From positions 1 to 34,942 of IMG/VR virus record IMGVR_UViG_3300009481_000004: DNA of 34,942 nt. The stretch is one strand, 5' to 3'. The stretch comes from a virus. Each line of letters opens with the position of its first letter. Positions within the stretch are counted from its first letter, which is position 1. Shown piece by piece: positions 8,907 through 15,596 of this stretch. The notes below the pieces were generated by a model. It was not told the DNA's origin. It ran no database searches and worked only from the letters and a program-made list of their open reading frames with translations. Position numbers and translations under genes: made by a program.

Positions 8907-9368
8907 CTATATGTTTATTGTTACGCGTGTCTTGCTCATGCGTGATAGGTTCTTGCCAATAATATTGGCGAAGTCTCTGACGATACCTTTTTCTACTTTA
9001 TCGCCTAATTCTTGATTCTCAGCAATGGAACGCTTTGGCATTCGATTCTTGCCTTCGTTATGATCAAATAATTTAGTTCCTTGCTTATTCTTCTTGATAC
9101 CGTATAGAAATTGTATTTCTTGATTCTTTTTGACCGTGGTGCGCTGTACATCAAAGGCATTCAGCATTTTGCCAGTATCTTTTAAGGTCACTGGTTGTTT
9201 CTGTCCACCTTTCTTGCGATTTGCATAACGCTCAGAATAATCTTTAAATGGCTTGCCTTGAAAGTTTTTTCCACTAGAGATCTGTCTCTTAGTGCGATCG
9301 ACCGTGTTCTTTGCCATCTTCTTTACATCAGATTCTTTAAATTTTAATATATCTTGCAATTTAAACAT
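8907..9368 (-). CDS. Basic virion-morphogenesis / minor head protein, 153 aa (start moved to an internal ATG)
   Basis: The ATG at 9368 overlaps the upstream stop by 8 nt. The track start at 9422 would overlap 62 nt of the upstream gene. K/R-rich, with VTLKDTGKMLNAF. Confidence 0.5.
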   Translation of the reverse strand: MFKLQDILKFKESDVKKMAKNTVDRTKRQISSGKNFQGKPFKDYSERYANRKKGGQKQPVTLKDTGKMLNAFDVQRTTVKKNQEIQFLYGIKKNKQGTKLFDHNEGKNRMPKRSIAENQELGDKVEKGIVRDFANIIGKNLSRMSKTRVTINI

Positions 9369-10032
9369 TAATTGGTTCCCAATAATGACGGCAACGATGC
9401 CCACCAGCATGCTCAAATCCATCTGATTTTACTTGCCTTATCTCTTCAAGTGTTAGTGGGTCATTGGATAAATACGTTCTACATATAGGACGATTCTTTT
9501 CGTCATCTGGTCCAACATATCTATATAACGTATCTTCTGGCAGATCTATTGCCATTGCGCCAACCACAGCGCGTCTATAATCACCAAGCATTGTATATAT
9601 TGTATTTTCGATACGTGGAGTATTTGTGCGGACCGCAGTGCGCATTATATTCTTTAATTCATCGCCTTTTAAGCCACTATTTAAGCCAGACACCATTGCG
9701 TTCTGCATCACATTACTCACTTGTCTAGTTACGCCTTGTATGCCTTGGCGTTGGAGAGTCTGTAGAACCACGAGTTGTATCTCGTTTGCACGCCCAAAAC
9801 TCGGCAGATCAACAAGAATATCCTCAGTTGTAGCCATGAAGGAGTTGATGGCGGTAGAGAAGCGTAAGCTCTCAACAAAATAGGTCGAAAAGTCAATTGC
9901 AGCGATAATTCCCAATATCTCAGTTGTAGAGAGACCTTCCTCTTCAAGTTCTTCAACATCCTGTTGGAACCCATTGATGGCATCTTCAATACTGCTTTCA
10001 TAGGAATTAACTGTTTGGTCTATTGTTGGCAT
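9361..10032 (-). CDS. Head morphogenesis protein (Mu F / SPP1 gp7 family), 223 aa
   Basis: Position directly after the portal gene. The C-terminal motif PICRTY...HAGGHRCRH is typical of the family. Confidence 0.72.
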   Translation of the reverse strand: MPTIDQTVNSYESSIEDAINGFQQDVEELEEEGLSTTEILGIIAAIDFSTYFVESLRFSTAINSFMATTEDILVDLPSFGRANEIQLVVLQTLQRQGIQGVTRQVSNVMQNAMVSGLNSGLKGDELKNIMRTAVRTNTPRIENTIYTMLGDYRRAVVGAMAIDLPEDTLYRYVGPDDEKNRPICRTYLSNDPLTLEEIRQVKSDGFEHAGGHRCRHYWEPINV

Positions 10033-11368
10033 TTAAAATATTTAGTAGTCTATTCTGTGGCACATCTTCCTCTACGGCTTCATTCTGCTGCTCCTCAAAC
10101 CTAGCTCGGTCCTCTGGTCCAGCGTCAGGATTGTGATAATCGAACCAATCCATAGGTGTGCTAAGCTGTCTGTCAAATCTCCAACTCCAAAGCATGATCT
10201 CTGCTTCTGGTGTCAGTGCGTAGTTTGGTTCTAGGAAGTCCACACTATATTCATCACCTACGTTCACATTTGCTTCAATCTCAATGATGCGTTTATCTAC
10301 TTGAAATCTGCGTTGTTCCCAAGGTCTCCATGTGTCCTCGGTCATTGCGGAGCGTTCATCTACGTTCTCAGCTTCCACGATGGTCAAACTCGCTGCGCTT
10401 GGTGCGTTGCCTGAGTCATCTCGTGCGTATTTTGCGCGGATGTGATTGTTATTTAATGTTGTTTCCACTAAGAATCTTGTGGAGTCTATAATTTGATTTA
10501 GGTTACCACCACTTGAGGTAACGCCAAAATTTGCCTGCTCTGGTAGGTATAAAATTTTATCAGTGCCAATACTAATTCGAGATGGGTCATCCACACCACT
10601 AATATACTTTATGCCTAAACAGCCATATTTTATAGCAAGATTTAGCTCAAGTAATGCAACATTGACTGCAAGATCGGTTTGTGCAACGTCCATTGCGTTA
10701 CCTACGTGGTAGTCGCGGATTGGCGGGTAACGATGACAAAAGGTTACTGGCAACATACCATATGGGTTAATATCATTATCATTTACACTAATGACCTTAC
10801 CATCTTCATCCACAAGGAAGTGTCTACCTGGTACACCATAGCGTTCTTCGGTCCATACCGCGTGTACCACGTCACCTCTTGCGTTGCCTTGGTTCTCAAT
10901 TGGATACATAACTCCAATTGGCTTATCTCTTGAATCGCCTGCTAAGAATAAAGGCGTAAAATGAGATAATATCTCATATTCTAATTTTTGTGTAACCTCA
11001 TTCCACTTACTTCTAAAAGCCATTGTACCAAGCAAAAAGGTCAAACGCTCTAGCATTCTGCGTTGCGCGTTTAGTCCATGCTTATCTATGATAGATAGAT
11101 AGGTTTCGCTCGTACGCAGACGTGGTGGTCGTTTGTAGGTCATCGAACGAAGACTACAGACGCGTCTAGTGAGGTTGTTTTGTGGGATGACCGTCTGACG
11201 CAGGGTCTCTGGTCCAAAGTAATCGCTCACATAGTGGTCTAGATTGATGCCTTCGTAGAAGTCCATCAAATAATCCCGCTCGCGAGTACGCTCATCCTCG
11301 ATGTATTTTAACTGTTCTTGTAATGCGCCAATTATTGCGCCTTCAGATTGATCTTGAATTGTAAGCAT
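10007..11368 (-). CDS. Portal protein, 453 aa
   Basis: Size and position between TerL and the Mu-F-like gene, with an acidic C-terminus. Confidence 0.82.
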   Translation of the reverse strand: MLTIQDQSEGAIIGALQEQLKYIEDERTRERDYLMDFYEGINLDHYVSDYFGPETLRQTVIPQNNLTRRVCSLRSMTYKRPPRLRTSETYLSIIDKHGLNAQRRMLERLTFLLGTMAFRSKWNEVTQKLEYEILSHFTPLFLAGDSRDKPIGVMYPIENQGNARGDVVHAVWTEERYGVPGRHFLVDEDGKVISVNDNDINPYGMLPVTFCHRYPPIRDYHVGNAMDVAQTDLAVNVALLELNLAIKYGCLGIKYISGVDDPSRISIGTDKILYLPEQANFGVTSSGGNLNQIIDSTRFLVETTLNNNHIRAKYARDDSGNAPSAASLTIVEAENVDERSAMTEDTWRPWEQRRFQVDKRIIEIEANVNVGDEYSVDFLEPNYALTPEAEIMLWSWRFDRQLSTPMDWFDYHNPDAGPEDRARFEEQQNEAVEEDVPQNRLLNILNANNRPNS

Positions 11369-11376
11369 ATCTACCT

Positions 11377-12705
11377 TTAAAAGAAATCGATGACACCAGC
11401 GTGTCGGTTTTTCATTGGGAATAGGTTTGTCAACAGAAAACGCAACGCATCGCAGGCGTGATCGAACTTACCATCTTTTTTTGGTTCATGGCGTAAGGTT
11501 TGATCTTCGCGGTGTTCTGGGTAGTGGTAGTTTTCATACGCTTCGATGCTCTTCTCACACTTTGGATGAATGAACAAGTGCGGATCGCCATTTGCATCCT
11601 CGAACCACCTACGTACATGCGATACACCAGATACTACGTTTCTGGTGACCGCATCGCGCTTGATGTTGACACGCAGTCCTTGATTCGCAAATACCTGTAT
11701 ATCACTGATACCAGACTGCAAATTCGTACCACTGCCTGCTGGGTCACCCCAGATGCCAGTATACTCGTAGCCAAGTGAATTCAGTTTATTTGCAAACTCC
11801 TCTGTGCGTGTGTTTTGCAGGTTTACCTCGTCTATTTGATGTACGTCAGCAAAATTCTTCTCTCTGCCGTGCAATTGCACGATATTAGCGTGGGCATGGC
11901 GATAGCCGAAGTCCAAACCAACATATACTGGTTTGGATGGGTCGTATTTAACGTCCTCGCGTATCTGTGTGGTCCTGTCTAATGGGAACACCTTACCCGC
12001 ATAGCTCTGGAATTCGCATAAGATCTCTTGCAGGTAGGTCTCTTTGGTCAGCGTGCGCTTTAATTCTTCGTGATCGTCCTTGAAATATGGAGATAACGTA
12101 CTGGGAAAACGCCACGACTCCCAATCTGGGTGCTTATCGCTTTTTCCAAACTCATATAAACTATGCAAGAAGTTGAATCCACGCGGTGTACTGGTGAACA
12201 TTGCCCAGCCTTGTCTATCTGATAGCGTTGGGCGCAGGTACATCTCAAATACGTTGCGTGAAATGAGCGCGGATTCGTCAATACAAAGCCAATCAACACC
12301 CTCACCGATCAATGATTCTTGGTTTTCTGCTGACTTAACCGATAGTTCACTGTTCAGACCTGCTAACTTCATGTAATACAGGTCTCCAGATATTTCTTTC
12401 TTGGATTCTAGTGGTAAGCGTAGTTCGGTCATTACAATGCGCTTGACCTCACGAGCTATCTTATTGGCCAGTGAGTAGTTTGGTCCGACTATCCAACCAC
12501 GCGTATTGGGCGTGAGCAACCACGGCAGTATCTCGTGCGCTGCCATGTAGGATTTACCAGATCGTCTGCCCATTAAACAGACGCGAAAGCGAGCTGTGCT
12601 GTTATGAACTGCCAACTGCTGTGGAGTCGGGTCGTACCCCAAGATCTTCCAGAGCTTTTGCCTGTTCACTATTTGCTTTATCAATCGGATTTTCCTCGAA
12701 ACCAC
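11377..12705 (-). CDS. terL: Terminase large subunit (exact start uncertain)
   Basis: Walker A GRRSGKS, Walker B LCIDE, coupling motif TSTP. The nuclease half has GLDFG, GDPAG and DHACDALRF. The track start is GTG at 12705. TTG at 12684 has GAGGAA 7 nt upstream. Either start overlaps TerS by 83-104 nt. Confidence 0.92.
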   Translation of the reverse strand: MVSRKIRLIKQIVNRQKLWKILGYDPTPQQLAVHNSTARFRVCLMGRRSGKSYMAAHEILPWLLTPNTRGWIVGPNYSLANKIAREVKRIVMTELRLPLESKKEISGDLYYMKLAGLNSELSVKSAENQESLIGEGVDWLCIDESALISRNVFEMYLRPTLSDRQGWAMFTSTPRGFNFLHSLYEFGKSDKHPDWESWRFPSTLSPYFKDDHEELKRTLTKETYLQEILCEFQSYAGKVFPLDRTTQIREDVKYDPSKPVYVGLDFGYRHAHANIVQLHGREKNFADVHQIDEVNLQNTRTEEFANKLNSLGYEYTGIWGDPAGSGTNLQSGISDIQVFANQGLRVNIKRDAVTRNVVSGVSHVRRWFEDANGDPHLFIHPKCEKSIEAYENYHYPEHREDQTLRHEPKKDGKFDHACDALRFLLTNLFPMKNRHAGVIDFF

Positions 12706-13006
12706 ACTGTTGTAGTACGGTTTGCAGGTTGCCTGTCATGTCTACTGCTGTCTTATCACTCATGCCTAGGTAATTCTTAGAAAGAAATATCTGCATCGCA
12801 ATTGCGTTGTTTTCGATGGCGGATACCCACATGGCGCGTCTGAGCTTGAATTTCATCTCTTCGCGGCCTGCTTCGTACTGTACCTTGAAACTTTGACGTA
12901 TGTGATTCTCACCTACCTCGAAGTATTTGCCAATTTCAGCGTAGTTACATCCAAATGACGCAAGCATTCTAACTTGGTCTGCGTCTACTTTACTCTTCTT
13001 CTTCAT
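12602..13006 (-). CDS. terS: Terminase small subunit, 134 aa
   Basis: N-terminal HTH (ASFGCNYAEIGKYF) and the IFLSKNYLGMSD motif typical of small terminases. It lies directly upstream of TerL. Confidence 0.68.
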   Translation of the reverse strand: MKKKSKVDADQVRMLASFGCNYAEIGKYFEVGENHIRQSFKVQYEAGREEMKFKLRRAMWVSAIENNAIAMQIFLSKNYLGMSDKTAVDMTGNLQTVLQQCGFEENPIDKANSEQAKALEDLGVRPDSTAVGSS

Positions 13007-13328
13007 CTATATTAGCCTTTTCGATGACATTCTTTATCTTATTCAATGTTCTGCGCCAGTATTCCTTTACGCTGGACTCGGTTATCTCCATCTCTACTGC
13101 GATACTAACGAAGGTGTGACCAAGCGTGCGCTGCTTGAACACGCGGAGTTCCTGCGGAGATAGTAGGTCGTAAAACTTATGTGCGCTGATTTGCAGGTGG
13201 CGCAGGTGCGGTTCTATCAGTCCACTGCGGAATACTAGCATGTGGAGATGGTAGCGGTCTGCGCGGTCTATGGCGTGCAGCCATTTGTCAGTATTATCGT
13301 CAGTTAGATTAGACCAAACTTCTTCCAT
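12990..13328 (-). CDS. Sigma-70 region-4 / LuxR-type HTH regulator, 112 aa; first gene of the late unit
   Basis: LSPQELRVFKQRTLGHTFVSIAVEMEITESSVKEYWRRTLNKI resembles sigma region 4.2. It is the first ORF after the divergent regulatory region. Confidence 0.55.
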   Translation of the reverse strand: MEEVWSNLTDDNTDKWLHAIDRADRYHLHMLVFRSGLIEPHLRHLQISAHKFYDLLSPQELRVFKQRTLGHTFVSIAVEMEITESSVKEYWRRTLNKIKNVIEKANIDEEEE

Positions 13329-13348
13329 TATCTAAATTTAAGCATACG

Positions 13349-13380
13349 GTGTTGACAAAAACGAAAGTAAAAATTTTAAG
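13349..13380 (+). promoter_or_regulatory. Candidate sigma70-type promoter P1 (rightward) carrying the conserved 10-mer GTGTTGACAA
   Basis: TTGACA at 13352-13357, a 17-nt spacer, then TTTAAG at 13375-13380. Confidence 0.4.
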
Positions 13381-13615
13381 ACGCGGTAAGTGGGAAGAAT
13401 CTGGGTTTGCCTTGGTATACCCGATAAGTTATACATAATATATATTATACGCAATTTTAAAATGGTGTCTCATTCTGTTATACTTAGCAATATCAAGACT
13501 TAACAATTTACGCGGATTTTATGCGGTGTATGATTTGCGGTGTTTGTGTCAATGTGGCACGTTGCGTCTTACTTTCTTTTTGTTTTGCTTTGATGGATAT
13601 ATTTTATTTATACAG

Positions 13616-13647
13616 GTGTTGACATAATACAGGTATATAACTAAATT
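13616..13647 (+). promoter_or_regulatory. Candidate sigma70-type promoter P2 for the plus-strand island
   Basis: GTGTTGACAT with TTGACA at 13619-13624, a 17-nt spacer, then TAAATT at 13642-13647. It is flanked by the direct repeat ATACAGGT (13610-13617 and 13627-13634) and lies 56 nt upstream of the 13703 ATG. Confidence 0.45.
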
Positions 13648-13702
13648 AATGAGCGCATTGAGAGAGCGCACGAAGTAACTAAACAAAAAAAGAGAGAGTA
13701 AA

Positions 13703-14281
13703 ATGAACCTATTAACCAATACCAATAGTAAAATAAAAAAGACCGCTAAATTAAACAATGTGCGATTGTATGAGTTTAACTTGCCCGCTGTGAGTTCTTG
13801 CCCTTGGGCGGATACTTGCAAAGAAATTTGTTATGCGGATAAGGGAACGTTTAAATATCCAAACGTTCAAGCAAAGTATAATTTTAATTATGAACTAACA
13901 TTAAATGCGCCCGCATTTATTGAACAGATACAAAAAGAACTAACAAAAAAACGCGCTGAATATGTTCGCATTCATTCAAGCGGAGACTTTTATAGTATGA
14001 ACTATTTAAAATCTTGGTTAGAAATTGCGCGCAATAATCCAAAGATTGTGTTTTATGGATATACAAAAAGTGTTCCATTACTCCAGGCGGTAAAATTGCC
14101 AGTGAACTTTATTTTTTGCTTTTCAACTGGTGGTAAAATGGACCATAAAATAAAAGCAACCGACAAGCGTGCGGTAATATTTGACACTAAAGAAGATCTA
14201 CAAAAAGCGCGGTTCATTGATTGTTCTGTTAATGATATGAAGATGATCACAGCTAACCGTATTGGATTAATTAAACACTAA
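13703..14281 (+). CDS. Cys-cluster protein resembling the phage GP88 family, 192 aa
   Basis: SCPWADTCKEICYADKG (C-x6-C-x3-C-Y-A), then VRIHSSGDFYS and FYGYTKS, as I recall for the Pfam GP88 family. AGAGAGAG lies upstream of the ATG. Confidence 0.55.
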   Translation: MNLLTNTNSKIKKTAKLNNVRLYEFNLPAVSSCPWADTCKEICYADKGTFKYPNVQAKYNFNYELTLNAPAFIEQIQKELTKKRAEYVRIHSSGDFYSMNYLKSWLEIARNNPKIVFYGYTKSVPLLQAVKLPVNFIFCFSTGGKMDHKIKATDKRAVIFDTKEDLQKARFIDCSVNDMKMITANRIGLIKH

Positions 14282-14305
14282 ACAACAAAAAGAGAGAGTA
14301 AAGCA

Positions 14306-14593
14306 ATGATAAAACCAAAAACAAAACAACAAAAAAAGCAAGATAAACATTACTTACATGAATGCGCTTTAAAATGCGGTAATATGTTAAGTGACTTTAT
14401 AAAAGAGTTAGGTGGTTGGGAGTTTAAAATACGTCACATTGAAATTGGCGACATTAACGACATGCAAGAAGCAACGGAACTGTATAATGATGCAAAAAGT
14501 AGAAAGAACGCAAAATACACAATGACTGATTATCAAAAAGATTACAGTCATAAAGAATACAATAACGCAACGCACATAAACCACTATAAATAA
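14306..14593 (+). CDS. Hypothetical protein, 95 aa
   Basis: ORF preceded by AAAAGAGAGAGTAAAG. Lys-rich N-terminus. No motif recognised. Confidence 0.6.
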   Translation: MIKPKTKQQKKQDKHYLHECALKCGNMLSDFIKELGGWEFKIRHIEIGDINDMQEATELYNDAKSRKNAKYTMTDYQKDYSHKEYNNATHINHYK

Positions 14594-14626
14594 ACCATAC
14601 TGATGATCGCGATTAGTTATCGCGTG

Positions 14627-14652
14627 AAATCCGCTCATATATGGGCGGATTT
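14627..14652 (+). terminator. Internal hairpin / weak terminator inside the plus-strand island
   Basis: AAATCCGCTC-atatat-GGGCGGATTT, a 10-bp stem with one G-U pair. It is preceded by a second 6-bp hairpin CGCGAT-tagtt-ATCGCG at 14608-14624. Confidence 0.4.
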
Positions 14653-14681
14653 ATGGAAACTAATAAAAGAGAGGTTAAAAT

Positions 14682-14849
14682 ATGTTTGTAATTGTTGTCA
14701 CGCATGATTCAACGGATCCGTGGGTATATGGTCCATATAAGACCGTCACCGCAGCGGAGCGCGATTTGAAGCGATATAAAGCCACCTGGAGCAATCGCGA
14801 TTGGGATTCAATGAGTGCGCAGGTCGAACAAGTAAAAAAGAGAGGTTGA
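14682..14849 (+). CDS. Hypothetical protein, 55 aa (below the ORF-track cut-off)
   Basis: ATG at 14682 preceded by AAAAGAGAGG. Translation is MFVIVVTHDSTDPWVYGPYKTVTAAERDLKRYKATWSNRDWDSMSAQVEQVKKRG. Confidence 0.55.
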   Translation: MFVIVVTHDSTDPWVYGPYKTVTAAERDLKRYKATWSNRDWDSMSAQVEQVKKRG

Positions 14850-14852
14850 ACA

Positions 14853-14927
14853 ATGATAAATAAAGTATTAACCGCATACGTTGAAATATGCGCGATAATA
14901 TGGCTATTGCTTTGGTTATTCAATTAA
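14853..14927 (+). CDS. Hydrophobic mini-peptide, 24 aa
   Basis: ATG at 14853 preceded by AAAAAGAGAGG. Translation is MINKVLTAYVEICAIIWLLLWLFN. Confidence 0.35.
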   Translation: MINKVLTAYVEICAIIWLLLWLFN

Positions 14928-14997
14928 TATTATTATGCGTTTATGTCATAATATGCAAAGCAATCATTGATGAACTAAACCAATAAACCAACAAATT

Positions 14998-15023
14998 AAC
15001 CCGCATTTATTGCGGGTTTTTTT
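14998..15023 (+). terminator. Rho-independent terminator of the plus-strand island
   Basis: AACCCGCA-tttat-TGCGGGTT followed by a run of six more T. Confidence 0.8.
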
Positions 15024-15030
15024 GTGTCTA

Positions 15031-15059
15031 AAAATGATACAATCTCACTGTATCATTTT
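15031..15059. terminator. Symmetric A-run / stem / T-run hairpin; candidate bidirectional terminator, probably ending the early minus-strand unit
   Basis: AAAATGATACA-atctcac-TGTATCATTTT, an 11-bp AT-rich stem. On the minus strand it is followed by TTTTT. Confidence 0.5.
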
Positions 15060-15172
15060 GTTAATAGACATAATACGAATTATGCGCAATTTTTTAAATG
15101 AGCTTTTTGAGCTTTTTTGGTCCATTTTCGCATCCAAATATGGTTAATTATGCTGTTATTATATTATACTGG

Positions 15173-15237
15173 CAGGGTTTTTATATCTGGTTCGCAGGGT
15201 TTTTTTGCAAATTATATTATTCACTCAGGGTTTTTTT
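15173..15237. repeat. Three direct copies of CAGGGTTTTT next to an AT-rich stretch
   Basis: Copies start at 15173, 15195 and 15226, with spacings of 22 and 31 bp. The AT-rich segment ttaattatgctgttattatattatact lies immediately upstream. Confidence 0.7.
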
Positions 15238-15450
15238 CTGCTTTAGCATTCTATTCCGCCACGCCAACTTGTCACGCGTGCGCAACCGCAACCAGCACCT
15301 GTCCAAATTGCAAACTCGCAGGTCATCGTACCACTCCAAAACCAGCGCACATCGTTCACCATCACTAGCGATTTGCACAAATTCGCAAGATTTATCATCT
15401 TTCTTTGAAAGTGGGCATTTTGAAGCAGAAATCACTAGAGGTGCTGACAA

Positions 15451-15579
15451 GGAGAATATGGAGAATATGGAGAATATCTCTCTCTCTCTTCTCTATAACT
15501 CCAGTTTCTCAAATTCTCTTTTTGCGCACCCAAGGAGAATTTGAAATAAGCCAAATTCTCCATATTCTCCATATTCTCC
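15451..15579. repeat. Iteron array of 4 forward and 4 reverse copies of GGAGAAT[A/T]T; candidate replication origin or initiator-binding site
   Basis: Forward GGAGAATAT at 15451, 15460 and 15469 (head-to-tail), then a (TC)n tract. GGAGAATTT at 15534-15542 pairs with AAATTCTCC at 15553-15561, and ATATTCTCC follows at 15562 and 15571. The array ends 17 nt from the primase-helicase stop. Confidence 0.8.
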
Positions 15580-15596
15580 ATCCTCATTGCACGCGC

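Noticed and set aside
13549-13821. 90-aa minus-strand ORF spanning the promoter region and the start of the GP88-like gene
   Set aside because: It is translated from an AT-rich regulatory sequence (poly-Leu/Phe/Asn) and is antisense to a well-supported gene start and its ribosome-binding site.
15352-15360. CGTTCACC resembling the P4 type-I iteron TGTTCACC
   Set aside because: It is a single copy with one mismatch. One octamer match has no significance, and the real repeats in this region are different.
15098-15544. 148-aa plus-strand ORF covering the whole non-coding region
   Set aside because: It begins right after two terminators. It is built from T-tracts and the iterons (Phe/Ser/Leu-rich, ending MENMENISLSL) and has no ribosome-binding site. 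The repeats explain the open frame.
15451-15579. Could the GGAGAATAT repeats be a CRISPR array or a tandem-repeat coding region?
   Set aside because: The units are 9 bp, directly abutting with no spacers, and occur in both orientations. No cas genes are present. The 50-codon minus-strand ORF they create, (MEN)3...(YSP)3, is a by-product of the dyad.
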